A stretch of DNA of 64,000 nucleotides from Octopus vulgaris (GCA_951406725.2 OX597832.1:57474001-57538000); one strand, 5' to 3'; shown: positions 13,118 through 26,443, numbered from the stretch's first letter. Made by a program: numbers and translations. The notes: generated by a model from the sequence alone, not told the origin.

Positions 13118-14276
13118 CTAACCCTTTGGTTACCAACCTGGCTGAAACTAGTTCTGGCTCTGTAGTATAAATGTCTTGTTTTCATAAGTTTTGAATTAAA
13201 ATCATCCACCAAACCTTAGTCACAATTTATGTTCCTAACACCAACTTAATGATAACCAGGTTATTTTACTAAATTGTTTGTTATATTTAAAATTAATTGA
13301 AAGAAATACAGAGCATCTCAACAGAAATATGGTAACAGAAGGTGTAAAATATATAATAGAGAAACAATTCTTAACCCTTTCAATATCAACCTCGCTGAAA
13401 CCAGTTCTGTAGTCTAAATGTCTTGTTTTCAAAAGTTTTGAATTAAAATCTTCCACCAAACCTTAGTAACAATTTATGTTCCTAACACTAGCTTAATGAT
13501 AACTAAGTTAGAAATATGGTAACAAAAGGCTTAAAATATATAATAGAGAAACAATTCTTAACCCTTTCGATATCAACCTCGCTGAAACCAGCTCTGTAGT
13601 ATAAATGTTTTGTTTTCAAATGTTCTGAATTAAAATCTTCTGCTAAACCTTAGTCACAATTTATGTCTCTAACACTAGCTTAGTGATAACTAAGTTATTT
13701 TACTAAATTCTTTGTTATATTTAAAATTAATTGAAAGAAACACAGAGCATCTCAACAGAAATATGGTAACAAAAGGCTTAAAATATATAATAGAGAAACA
13801 ATTCTTAACCCTTTTGATATCAACTTCGCTGAAACCAGCTCTGGCTCTGTAGTATGAATGTCTTGTTTTCAAATGTTCTGAATAAAATCTTCTACTAAAC
13901 CTTAGTCACAATTTATGTCTCTAACACTAGCTTAGTGATAACTAAGTTATTTTACTAAATTATTTGTTATATTTAAAATTAATTGAAATAAACACAGAGC
14001 ATCTCAACAGAAATATAGTGACAAAAGGCTTAAAATATATAATAGAGAAACAATTCTTAACCCATTTGATACAAACCTGTTTGAAACCTGCTCTGTAGTA
14101 CAAATGTCTTGTTTTCATAAGTTTTGAATTAAAATCTTCCACCAAACCTTAGTCACAATTTATGTTCCTAACACTAGCTTAATGATAAGCAAGTTCTTTT
14201 ACTAAATTCTTTGTTATATTTAAAATTAATTGAAAGAAACACAGAGCTTCTCAACAGAAATATGGTAATGAAAGGG
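13118..14276 (+). mobile_element. Tandem array of five piggyBac-type MITEs with 23-bp spacers
   Basis: Units start (T)TAACCC at ~13118, 13371, 13558, 13805, 14057 and end in variants of AAAGG[G/C]TTAA; spacer AATATATAATAGAGAAACAATTC; copy 2 has an internal deletion. Confidence 0.9.
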
Positions 14277-14865
14277 AGAATGAGAAACTATGTTGGCAGT
14301 TTAGGTTAAGAATGTAGTTCTTTAAAGTGTGTAATTTTCTGTCTAAGGTTAGTGACTTGAGTAAGAAGGAGTCTGCTAGACTAGATCCTGGAGAAGGTTG
14401 TAGGAGAAAATTTATAATGGTAAGCTATGGGTTGTGGTAAGGAGGGGTTCATAAAACAATTAAGAATAAGGGAGAAGAAAAAGGTATAGAAATCAAACAT
14501 AAAGGTGAAAGAAGAATAAACATAAAAATCATAATAATGATGTCTACCACTACAACTGGTAAACAGAAATGATTGTAAATGTACTATTACTACCATTTTT
14601 CTTTATTAATTAATTAACTTAATGGCTTACTAACGCAATCAACCAACTTCTTGCTTTTATTTTACCTCCATTTTCTTCTTGCATATAATTTAAACTACGG
14701 TTTACCTGCTGAATTACCTGCTACCGTATACCTTTTACCAAGGACTGTACCTACGCAGGTAATCATCAGGAGTGCCTTTGGTTTTAACTATCCCTTAGAG
14801 GTTTTAAACACCTCTAACTTATACCTGTATATGTGTGTGTGTGTGTGTGTATATATATGTAGATG

Positions 14866-15077
14866 CTCTTTTACTCATTTCAGTCATTTGACTGTGGCCA
14901 TGCTGGAGCACCGCCTTTAGTCGAACAAATTGATCTCAGGACTTGTTCTTTGGAAGCCTAGTCTCTTTTTGCCGGGTGGCTAATTTATGGGTACGTTAAC
15001 ACACTAGTATCGGCTATCAAGTGATAGTGGGGGAGGGACAAACAGAAACACACAAACATACAAACACACACACACAC

Positions 15078-15121
<44 letters not shown>

Positions 15122-15288
15122 GTATATAGTGAGCTTCTTTTAGTTTCTGTCTACCAAATCCACACACAAGGCTTTGGTCAGCCTGAGGCTATAGTAGAAG
15201 ACACTTGCCTAAGGTGTCATGCAGTGGGACTGAACCCAGAACCATGTGGTTGGTAAGCAAGCTACCTACCGCACAGCCATTCCTGCAC
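14866..15288 (-). mobile_element. Full-length family C SINE with internal (TA)n/(TG)n
   Basis: Reverse complement of head, CORE-like part, microsatellite and 3' part ending CAGTCAAATGACTGAAA...GTAAAAGAG. Confidence 0.85.
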
Positions 15289-15799
15289 ACACACACATAT
15301 ATATATATATACACACACAAGTGTTTTCTTTGTTGGCCATAATTCCTTGATATTGAACTAAATGGCAATCGACAGATCAAATATTTTAATGAAACAGAAC
15401 AACAAATATTTGTAGTATTGTTAATTGGTTGAGATAAATGTTTTCATTATAAATTTATTTATATGCTTGTAATGTATAAGAATATGTGTGTGTGTGTTCC
15501 AATCAAAAAAGGTTGTCTTATGATGTGTCTGTTACAGAAATCTTATTTGAAAACTTTTAATTGAAGTCTGTTCATTTTGGTTTTACGAGAATCTATTTAA
15601 TACCATCTGATGTGTTTGATGCTGTTTGCTGTTGTTGTTGTTACTACTCTCCGCATTGTGTGTCTGTGTGTATTGATAGGGATGTGTGTGTGAACGTATT
15701 CTGGCTTCATACACACACACACACACACACAAACAGATATATACATGAATCTGTTTGTGTATGATGGTGTTATGTTCTTTCAGTGTCCATATATATACG

Positions 15800-15817
15800 T
15801 ACCTATAAACATACATA

Positions 15818-15862
<45 letters not shown>

Positions 15863-16596
15863 GTATGTATATATATATATATATGTATGTATATGTATGT
15901 ATATATATATATATATGTATGTATATGTATGTATATATATATATATATGTGTGTATATGTATGTATATATATATATATGTGTGTATATGTATGTATATAT
16001 ATATATATATGTGTGTGTATATGTATGTATATATATATATATGTGTGTGTATATGTATGTATATATATATATATATATATATGTGTGTATATGTATGTAT
16101 ATATATATATGTGTGTATATGTATGTATATATATATATGTGTGTATATGTATGTATATATATATATATATGTGTGTGTATATGTATGTATATATATATGT
16201 GTGTATATGTATGTATATATATATATATGTATGTGTATATGTATGTATATATATATATATATGTGTGTATATGTATGTGTATATATATATATATATATGT
16301 ATGTATATATATATATATTGTATATATATGTGTATATGTATATATATATATATGTGTATATGTATGTATATATATATATATATATGTATATGTATGTATA
16401 TATATATATATATATGTATATGTATGTATATATATATATATATGTGTATATGTATGTATATATATATATATATGTGTGTATATGTATGTGTATATATATA
16501 TATATGTGTATATGTATGTGTATATATATATATATATATGTGTATATGTATGTGTATATATATATATATGTGTATATGTATATATATATATGTGTG

Positions 16597-16629
<33 letters not shown>

Positions 16630-16800
16630 GTGTGTATATATATACATATATATATATGTATATATATATGTGTGTATATATATACATATATATATATATA
16701 TGTATATATATATGTATATATATGTGTATATATATGTATATATGTATATGTATATATATGTATATATGTATATGTATATATATGTATATGTATATATATG

Positions 16801-16838
<38 letters not shown>

Positions 16839-16890
16839 TATGTATATATATGTATATGTATATATATGTATATGTATATATATGTATATG

Positions 16891-16924
<34 letters not shown>

Positions 16925-17282
16925 TGTATATATATGTATATGTATATATATGTATATATATATATATGTATATGTATATATATGTATATGTATATATATA
17001 TATATGTATATGTATGTATATGTATATATATATATATGTATATGTATGTATATGTATATATATGTATATGTATATGTATATGTATATATATATATATATG
17101 TATATGTATATATATATATATGTATATGTATGTATATGTATATATATATATATGTATATGTATATATATGTATATGTATATATATATGTATGTGTATGTA
17201 TATAGGTATATATATATGTATGTGTATGTATATAGACATGTAAGTCTATATATATGTAAACACACACACACACATATATATA
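15800..17282. repeat. ~1.5-kb compound (TA)n/(TATG)n microsatellite
   Basis: Recurrent GTGTATATGTATGTA(TA)n block of ~22-28 bp; source of the 480-560-aa artefact ORFs. Confidence 0.97.
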
Positions 17283-17550
17283 TTGAGAAAAAATGAGAGA
17301 GATAGACAGGTAGATGTGTGTGTGTGTGTGTGTGTTTTGTATCGTTTTAATTACAAAGAGGAGAGTAAACAAAAAGCAACAACTTATTAATGTCTTGAGA
17401 AAAATTTGATTTCATTAGCGGAAGAACATAAGTTTACAAACCAAATTGAATAACAAAAGGAACCTTGTGAAAATGGTGAGAAGAATATGCTTAGCCCAAA
17501 ACAACACACCTTCACACACTGACACACATGCTATCTCTCTCTTTCACACA

Positions 17551-17586
<36 letters not shown>

Positions 17587-18453
17587 GTGTGTGTGTGTGC
17601 TCATCTCTGTTGGTAAGCAATACATTTACATACACAGGCAACTCTTCTTAATATCCCTTTTCTTTTCTGTCTTTGTTGGTGTCTGTCTGTCTTTCAAAAT
17701 TTACGTGTGTTTGTGTGTGTGTGTGTGTGAGTGTTTGTGTATAACTATCTATCTGTTCGTTTGTCTATCTGTCTGTTTCTCTACATTTATATATATGCGT
17801 ATATATAAATGTATGTGTGTGTGTATATGTATATATATATATATGTATATATATATTTATACTTATGTATATATAAATATATATTTGTGCATATTTATGT
17901 ATATATACGTGTATACATACATATGTATATGAATTTATCTATCTATCTATCTATGTGTATATATGAATGTATTTATATGTATCTATATGTATGTTTATGT
18001 GTATATGCATATATACATATGTGTGTGTGTGTGTATATATATGTATACGCACACACACACATATGTGTGTGTGTATATATATAAATATATATATATATAT
18101 GTATATCTACACATACACACACACACACACACAACCTATTCAAATTAATAAGCATATCACAATAGAAAGGTTACCTTGAGATATTTTATTAACACTTTTC
18201 TCAAATATGATATTGCCGTTTTCTAGAGACACTGATAATTAAAACCACACATAAACTTTACCTTTGCAAATAAATTATTTCTGATTGCTCAGATTGCAAA
18301 GGTCACCAATTAATCAGCAGAACAAGTCGTTAGTTTAATTGTTTAAATGTTTTTCTCCCAAACGAAGTCTGTTTCTTTGTTCTCTGTTGCAGCGAAACGG
18401 GGCCTCTGAGTCATTTAGTCATTGTGCCTCCACTTAAAGACATTGGAATGTAG

Positions 18454-18658
18454 GTGATGGTGATGATGATGATGGTGGTAGTGATGATGATGATGATCGT
18501 GGTAGTGATGATGATGATCGTGGTAGTGATGATGATGATGATTGTGGTGGTGGTAGTGATGAGGATGATGATGATGATGACAATGACGACGATGATGATG
18601 GTGGTGGTAGTGATGATGATGATAATGATGTTGATGATGATGATGATGGTGGTGGTAG

Positions 18659-18693
<35 letters not shown>

Positions 18694-19430
18694 ATGATGA
18701 TTATCGTGATGGTGATGATGATGGTGGTGATGGTGATGATGACGATGACAATGATGATGATGATGATGATGGTGGTCGTCGTCGTTGAGGGGTGATGGTA
18801 GTAATGGTGACGTAGATGATGATGATGACGACGATCATATTCGTGGTGGTGATGGTGATGAAGATGACAACAATGATGATGATGATAATGAGGTGGTCAT
18901 CGAGGGGTGGTAGTAGTGGTGGTGGTGACGTTGATGGTGATGATCGTGGTTGTGGTGATGACGATGACGACAACGATGGTGGTGATGATGTTGGTAGTCT
19001 TCGTGAGGTGGTGGTGGTGGTGACGCTGGTGATGATAATGAAGGTAGTGATGGTGAGGATGATGACCACAATGATGATGATGATGGTTGTGCTCTTCGAG
19101 GGGTGATGGTGGTAGTGGGGGTGGTGGTGATGTAGATGATGATGATGATGATCGTGGTGATGGTGGTGATGGTGATAAAGATGACGACAATGATGATGAT
19201 GGTGGTGGTTGTCGATCGGTGGTAGTGGTGGTGGTGGTGGTGGTGGTGATGTTGGTGATGGTGATGGTGGTCGTCGAGGGATGATGGTGGTAGTAGTGGT
19301 GGTGGTCATGATGATATGGGTGATGGTGATGACAACAATGACAATGATGATGATGATGGTGGTGGTCATCATCGTTGAGAGGAGGTGGTGGTGATGACGA
19401 CGATGATGATGATGATGATCATGGTGGTGG
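18454..19430. repeat. (GAT/GGT)n trinucleotide tract
   Basis: Direct reading; punctuated by a recurring T[C/T]GAG[G/A]G motif at ~18785, 18900, 19097, 19274, 19375. Confidence 0.95.
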
Positions 19431-19444
19431 TTTCTCTTAATAGC

Positions 19445-19871
19445 AGTTTCTGTCAATAGCAGTGTTCCACCTTTGAACGAGAACATTTATCCCTGCCCAA
19501 TAAAATTCTGTTGACTGTTCTTTGAGCCACTTCTTCTCTACAGTTTTCACTTCCTCATCACTGGAATACTGTTTGCCTCTCAAACCCTCTTTTGTGGCAC
19601 CGAAGAGATGATAGTCTGAAGGTGCTAAATCTGGTGAGTGTGGAGGTAGTGAAGAAGTGGCTCAAAGAACAGTCAACAGAATTTTACGGGGCAAGGATAC
19701 ATGCTCTCATTCGAAGGTGGAACATTGCTATTGAGAGAAACGGTGACTATGTTGAGAAGTAGGGATGTGATCCACAGAGGACCAGCTTCATTTTGATGTA
19801 TGATACATGTTCCTGTGTTGGTAATTATACCTGTCCTAAACAAAATGGCATTACTTTTTGACTCACCCTCG
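19445..19871. mobile_element. Mariner-derived fold-back (two inverted transposase 3' ends), right TIR intact
   Basis: Minus 19649-19445: LPPHSPDLAPSDYHLFGATKEGLRGKQYSSDEEVKTVEKKWLKEQSTEFYWAGINVLVQRWNTAIDRN (mariner SPDLAPSD motif). Plus from 19649: VKKWLKEQSTEFYGARIHALIRRWNIAIERNGDYVEK*; terminus TTACTTTTTGACTCACCCTCG then TA. Confidence 0.92.
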
Positions 19872-19898
19872 TATATACACACATATATATATATATAT

Positions 19899-20014
19899 AG
19901 GGAGAATTTACAAAAAAACAACAAAAGACGAAGACAGGTGGTGTACAAAACAAACAGATGTATTAGTATAACGCTCAGGAATAGAAAAAGTCTTTTACAT
20001 TTCGAGCCTACGCT
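19899..20014 (-). mobile_element. Truncated short Penelope-like element in a TA tract
   Basis: Nearly identical to 57564-57675; ends within the hammerhead-like stem (minus AGCGTAGGCTCGAAAT). Confidence 0.6.
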
Positions 20015-20329
20015 ATGTGTGTTTATAGTTTTGTTTGTGCATAAATGTATGGGTGAATGAATTCTTCAGAAATTATTTGAAGACACAGATCTGCCAGAGA
20101 CCTAGACGTGGGTGAGTCGGGGTGGAGTTGGGGTGGGCATTGTAATTATGATCATGTTTTAGCAACATCCATAAAGCACAATTTACATATTTTAACATTT
20201 CTAAGTTCTGCTTGACTGGTGCAATGTTTCTTTTTATTTGCTCTTTTCTGATCGGATGCGGAAATATTGATGGTGATTACGTCATGGGGATACAATTTCA
20301 TCTTCATATTTTGAATTATATTTTCTCTG

Positions 20330-21020
20330 TCATCATCATCGTCGTTGTCGTCGTCATTGCCATTGTGCATATCATCAGCACCATAATTGTTGTTGTCATC
20401 ATCATCATCACTATCATAATCGTCGTCATCAACATCATTGTCATCACAACCATCATTGACATCACCAGCATTATCATCATCACCGTCATCACCGCTGTCA
20501 CCAGAATCATCATTGTCATCATCATCGTCATTGTTATCATCATTATCATTGTCATCATCCTCATCATCATTGGTATTCTCACCACTAACTTCATTGCCAT
20601 CATCACCATCATAATTATTGCAGTCACCATAATTAGCATTATCATCACCGTAATAATCATCATCATGATCAACATCATTGTCATTGTCATCATCGTCACA
20701 TCATCATCATAACCACCACCGCCACTGCCAGCATCTTCATTATTGTCATCCTCATCACCACCACCACCACTATCATCATTGACATTGCCATCATCATCAT
20801 AACTACCACCACACCACCAGCATCATCATTGTCATCATCATCATAACCACCACCACTACCGACACCTCCAGCATCATCATCATTATCATCCTCATCACCA
20901 CCACCACCACCATCACCACTATTATCATTGACGTTGCCATCATCCTCATAACCACCACCACCATCATCATCATCGCCACTATTGTTCCCATCGTCATCAT
21001 CATCATCATCATGCCCATCA
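20330..21020. repeat. (ATC/ACC)n trinucleotide tract
   Basis: Direct reading. Confidence 0.95.
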
Positions 21021-21102
21021 TGTTTGTTATTCTATGCCGCCATGGTTTACAAGATCGGAATTATAGTAAATTCCCTCTCATCTTAATCTGTTGTCTTCTC
21101 AC

Positions 21103-21305
21103 CTGTCAGGTCTTCAACGCTTTGTGATCTGACTTTGTCACTTCTTCTTTCCTGGCGCCGAATACAGAGGAATGGTACATTCTTGACAAGCAGTTTACAT
21201 TTTTGTTCCTTCTTTGATCCGTATTCCTCTGTCACATTAAGTCTCCAGTGTCTTAGGGAAAGTCATATAATGTCACGTTCTTGAAATTTCCTCCTGTCTG
21301 AAATT
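21103..21305 (-). other. Candidate exon (possibly non-coding/UTR)
   Basis: Minus-strand acceptor TTCTTGTTTACAG at 21306 and donor CAG/GTGAGA at 21102 around 203 nt of purine-rich unique sequence; no fully open frame. Confidence 0.3.
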
Positions 21306-21467
21306 CTGTAAACAAGAATCATGTTGGTGGATACCGGTAATTAATGGAGACATTTGATAGCAGACAATATTTGGATACTGAATGGAGAGGAGATGAATGG
21401 GAAAATAAAGTGTGAGCCAAAGTGAGTATGTGAGAAAAAAAGATTATAATAAAAAATAATCATTTCT

Positions 21468-21892
21468 AATCTAGGCACAAGGCTCGAAGTGTTGGGGGTG
21501 AGGGCCAGTCGATTTGATCTACCCCAGTACACAACTGGTACTTAATTTATTGACCCTGAAAGAGATGAAAGGCAAAGTTGACCTTGGCAGAATTTGAACT
21601 CAGAACGTAATGACAGATGAAATACCGCTAGGCATTTCGTCCAATATTCTAATGTTTCTGCCAGCTCACCGCCTTTAAATAATCTTTTCTATGCTAGGCA
21701 CCAAGACCAAAGTTTTTTGGGAGTGGCGGGGGCACTAGATTAGATACACCTCAGTACGCAACTGGTACTTAATTTATTGACCCCGAGAGGGATGAAGGCA
21801 AAGTCGGCCTTGGCGGAATTTGAACTCAGAACATAAAGACAAACGAAATACCACTAAGCATTTCGCCCGGTGTGCTAACGATTCTGCCAGCT
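21468..21892 (-). mobile_element. Two tandem SINEs with Nin/Deu-like central domain
   Basis: Reverse complement of GTTCTGAGTTCAAATTC.GCCAAGG.C.ACTTTGCCTT..ATC...GGTCAATAAATTAAGTACCAGT; same family at 62962-63378, 6085-6150, 2470-2630, 52050-52180. Confidence 0.75.
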
Positions 21893-22614
21893 GTCCTTGT
21901 TTGTTTCCCCTATGTTTTGCCCCCTATTATGCATATATACATAAACTTTCATAGATATTTATCATTCATGCGATCACATGACCAACCAGGCTATCAGATG
22001 TTACACATCGCTGGTCACAATATGCTTTTTGCATTGTTTTCGCTTTCAAATGACTCCCCCCCTGCTGGCTAGGTGAGCAGGCCAACATTTACAGGTTTTC
22101 TTGAATGGACAGCCAGGCTTGCTTTGCTCCATGCCACAAAACCACGAGACGTAAGGTTTTCATTTAGAGGAGCGGCGATTTGCCAAATTGCTGTTATGCA
22201 TGTATGAAGTTGGTTCCAATGTTGGAGCCAACGTTGATCAACTCTTTATATATTATTGGCAGTGACTTCAAGTAAGGCATTGTCATCTGTCTTACAATCG
22301 CTTAACTGGCTGAAACTTTGAAGTCCCTGTCAACAACATTCTAGTTTAAGAATAATAAGTTTGTACTGTACAAAGTATAGAGTAACCCATCAGATTAATG
22401 TAAAATTGGTTTTGTTATTATAACTGAACATAAAAACAAACAGGAATATATCTTTATATACTTACATAAAATTAGGATGTGTGAGAAAAAAAATGCATTT
22501 GAAGATTGCTATTACGATTTTCACATTTCCGCCTTTGTTTCTTCATCTGTACATTAAACACAGAAGAATCTTCCTATTTATTGTTCCTGGCTTTGACTTG
22601 ATAATTGTGTGTTC

Positions 22615-22870
22615 ATGACAAGAAATTTGGAGCCAATGGATCCAGTTCATAAATCCGTCAGCAATTCCATCTCTGTTTCTGCAATAACCTTTGTGGAAAA
22701 AGACACAAGCTCCGAATAAAGTTTGATGCCAAGAATTTTGGAGCAGATAGACCCAGTTCATAAATATGCCTGCAATTCCACTATCTTTGATCATGGAAGA
22801 ATAAGTCTGAGATCTCTCTTTCTGCGATAACCTTGTGGAAAACATAAGCTCCAAATAAAGTTCAATGCAA
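22615..22870. repeat. Two-copy tandem duplication (~110-bp unit, insertion in copy 2)
   Basis: CAAGAA.TTTGGAGC...CCAGTTCATAAAT...GCAATTCCA...ATAACCTT.GTGGAAAA...AAGCTCC.AATAAAGTT occurs twice. Confidence 0.8.
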
Positions 22871-23393
22871 TTCTTTACCTTCGCACACAACAAAGCTCTG
22901 ATTATTTTGGTTTCACTTCAGTTGCTGGTTTTTTTAATCTGTCTCGCATATCAGAGAAATTTTGTAATTAATGTAGTTGCATTTATTTATTTATTTATTT
23001 ATTTATTCATTTACCCCACCCCCTTCATTCTAGCTTCCCATCAATCCATCTATTTATCTATTTATTCAGCTCTATCATCATCATAACCATCATCATCATT
23101 CTCATTGCCAATGTCATTGTCTTAGAGATTGTCGTTGTCAACAGCACTTTTGAATTGATTAGCACAAAAGGTAAACAAAAGTTGAAACAATGTAACACTG
23201 TCACCATACAGCAAATAAAACTGTTTTTGCCTATGGTTTTCCTTACTTCCACCTGCTATTTACTCACTTGATCAATACCCAAGACACTTTCTATTTACAA
23301 AATTCCTAAGCAGCTGAGAAAGACAAAACAACAAATAGAGGCGGAATATGACTTTCAATATACTTGTAATATTTTAAAGCAGGTTGTTTGTAT

Positions 23394-23448
<55 letters not shown>

Positions 23449-23712
23449 GTGTGTGTGTGTGTGGTGTGTGTGTATATATGTATAAATATCTGTGTGTGTG
23501 TGTATGTGTATATATATATGTGTGTGTGTGTGTGTTTGTGTGTGTGTATGTGTATATATATATATGTATGTATATCTATGTGTCTACGTATGTATATGTG
23601 TATATATGTATATATGTATACGTATAAATGTATATGTATATATGTACTTACATGTATATATATGTGTGTATATATTTATATAAGTACATATGTGTATATA
23701 TATATGCATATG

Positions 23713-23750
<38 letters not shown>

Positions 23751-24332
23751 CATGTATGTATATATGTGTGTGTGTTTGTATATATGTATGTATACATGTA
23801 TTGATATACTCCACTAGAAGCGTGGTTCTTTTGAAGGAATCAATAGAAAGTGTTATTTCGACAGAATAAAGAAATACACAGCTTCCAACATAAACAAGCA
23901 TTTCTTCACAAAGAGGTAAACTGCTGCGCTTACTTAATGAATGTTCTGTTATTCTTTAGGTCAGAAGATAAATATTGTTATTCCAGATTTTGCTTTTCTT
24001 TTCCTCACCCACCACATCTATTCTATTATCCAACAAGAAACCTGATGGCTCAGCTAACTCTGCTTTCTGAAATGTTTGTTTTTGAGGTACTCATTTAAAA
24101 AACAACAACCTAGACAGAAAATTCATTTACCGTTTCTTCTGTTATTTGTTTGTTAATTTCTAAAGCATTTTATTTCAAAGTTGCAAAGTCTGCATTTCAA
24201 GAACTCAAAGTTCATGTCAGAAAGTTGCTGATTCAAAAGTACGTCTTTCTAATTAGGTCGAATTAAAAAATTTATCGTCATTAGGAAGTCTTCTTTTAGC
24301 AAGTGATTTTTTTTCCCCATTTTTTTTTTTCG

Positions 24333-24850
24333 TTAACCTTTTGCTACTCAAACCGACCATATCTGGCACTGGAGGCACATGGCCTAGTGGTTAGAGCAGC
24401 AGACTCACGGTCGAGAGATCACAGGTTCGAATTTCAGACCGGTCAATGTGTATGTTTATGAGCGAAACACCCAAGCTCCACGCAGCTCCAGCAGAAGGTA
24501 ATGGCGAACTTCTGCTGACTCTTTCGCCACAACTTTCTCTCTCTTTTCTCCTGCATCTTGCAGTTCACCTGCGATGGACCGGCGTCCCATCCAGGTGGGG
24601 AACCTATACGCCAAGAAACTGGGACACCGGCCCTTATAAGCCAGGCATGGCTTGAGAAGGAACAAACAACAACAACAATATCTGGCACTAATAGTTTACC
24701 TGCTTAATTTTCAAACTGACCAGATCCAGCCTCTCACACCTACCCTACAATGTCATTCTAAAAATAAACAATCACATCATTAAAATATCAAAGCTATGAG
24801 ATAATGCAGGCTTGATTCAAAACAAGGTGAATAAATTAGCATTAAATTTG
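24333..24850 (+). mobile_element. piggyBac-type MITE (second family) interrupted by a SINE
   Basis: TTAACCTTTT start; body matches the intact copy at 38020-38233; right end missing. Confidence 0.75.
24371..24677 (+). mobile_element. Full-length family A SINE (V-domain-like tail) with 12-bp TSD
   Basis: A box TGGCCTAGTGG, B box GGTTCGAATTTC, CCTGCGATGGACCGGCGTCCCATCCAGG, (AAC)n tail; TSD ATATCTGGCACT at 24359-24370 and 24678-24689; second copy 46351-46637. Confidence 0.92.
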
Positions 24851-25154
24851 ATGCAGCATGGAATTTTGTCAGTGAACAGGTTGTGGTCTCAAAGTGACAA
24901 AAATATTTTGGCAAATTAAACTTAAATGTTGAAGTGAATCTAATGGATTCACTTTAACATTTAAAACAATTCCACGCTGCAATTGTTTTCATTCCAGCAT
25001 GTGATCTCAGATCAGTTCACTTGCTATGCAAGTACATATCTGTAAATTTGACTGAGTTTGTTGAAAAATGTATATTAGTGACAGGCGCTGGTGTCACAAT
25101 TAGCCAACGAGCTTCTTAATTAATTCGACTGAATAATCTGAATACTAAAAGGTT

Positions 25155-25570
25155 ACTCTTTTACTTGTTTCAATCATTTGACTGCGGCCATGCTGGAGCA
25201 CTGCCTTTAGTTGAAGAAATCGACCCCAAGACTTATTCTTTGTAAGCCTAGTACTTATTCTATTGGTCTCTTTTGCTGAACCGCTAAGTGATGGAGACAT
25301 AAACACACCAGCATTGGTTGTCAAGCGATGTTGGTGGACAAACACAGACACACAAACATACACACACACACACACACACACACGTATATATATGTATATA
25401 TATATATATATATATGATGGGCTTCTTTCAGTTTCCGTCTACCAAATCCACTCACAAGGCTTTGGTCAGCCCGAGGCTATAGTAGAAGACACTTGCCCAA
25501 GATGCCATGCAGTGGGACTGAACCCGGAACCATGTGGTTGGTAAGCAAGCTATTTACCACACAGCCACTC
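25155..25570 (-). mobile_element. Full-length family C SINE
   Basis: Same architecture as 14866-15288. Confidence 0.88.
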
Positions 25571-25572
25571 AT

Positions 25573-25802
25573 AAAGAAAAAATTATTAAATAGTGCAATA
25601 CAGTAGTATTGGTTCCCAGGTTAAAGTATATATATATATACAGTGAAGCTTTACTATAGCGTTGTATATTATCAACTGGTATTTCCAGTAAATATTGGTG
25701 CATTGTTGTACTGCTAACTTATATTTATACTTTAACCTTATGGTGCTTTGTTTTACTGGGAAGCAATACTACTGTATAGCACTATTTAATAATATTTTCT
25801 TT
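25573..25802. repeat. Inverted repeat with 47-bp arms enclosing an ~85-bp segment that recurs at 26078-26160
   Basis: 25573-25619 versus reverse complement of 25756-25802 match 44/47; inner arms AGGTTAAAGTATA / TATACTTTAACCT. Confidence 0.88.
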
Positions 25803-26157
25803 GGAAACTTTTTCACCGTTCTCGGTCTGTTAATGGCCAAGTGCTCAGATGAGTATACACTGGCATTGATGGAGCGACATTTGAAATTTTGTCTAGGTGA
25901 ATCTAGCTGAAGAGAACCAATCAAATTTACATTAACAAGCATAATTTGGGAAGATCGAAACCTAAGTCCTAGATTATCCACCTCTGGATTCTTACATTTG
26001 TTTAATGTTCTTCCTACAGAGATGATGAAATTTTTTATGTTTGTCGCCCATAAACATTTTTGCTAGTATATGTATATATACAGTGAGGCTTTACTATAGT
26101 GTAGTATATTATTGATTGCTATTTCTAGTAAATATTGATGCATTGTTGTACCACTAT

Positions 26158-26195
<38 letters not shown>

Positions 26196-26329
26196 TGAAA
26201 CTTTTTCCTTGCATAAAAGTTTCATAAGCCTATGCTCTGCTAAAAAGTATGTGTGAATTTATGTGTATGCATGTATGTATATTGATGTATGCTTGTATAT
26301 ATGTAGATATATGTATATATATGTGTGTG

Positions 26330-26362
<33 letters not shown>

Positions 26363-26400
26363 ATGTATGTATATGTTTATATGTGTATATATATGTAATG

Positions 26401-26443
<43 letters not shown>

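Noticed and set aside
15583-17372. ORFs of 478-562 aa on both strands
   Set aside because: Translations of a (TA/TG) microsatellite that lacks stop codons; poly-IY/HT/CV composition.
18393-18449. 57-nt plus-strand micro-exon (ETGPLSHLVIVPPLKDIG); similar 43-nt candidate at 57971-58013
   Set aside because: Splice-like signals only; expected by chance in 64 kb, peptides unrecognised, no partner exons.
18701-20712. Poly-His/Met/Asp/Ile ORFs
   Set aside because: Frames of (GAT)n/(ATC)n triplet repeats, open in several frames and on both strands.
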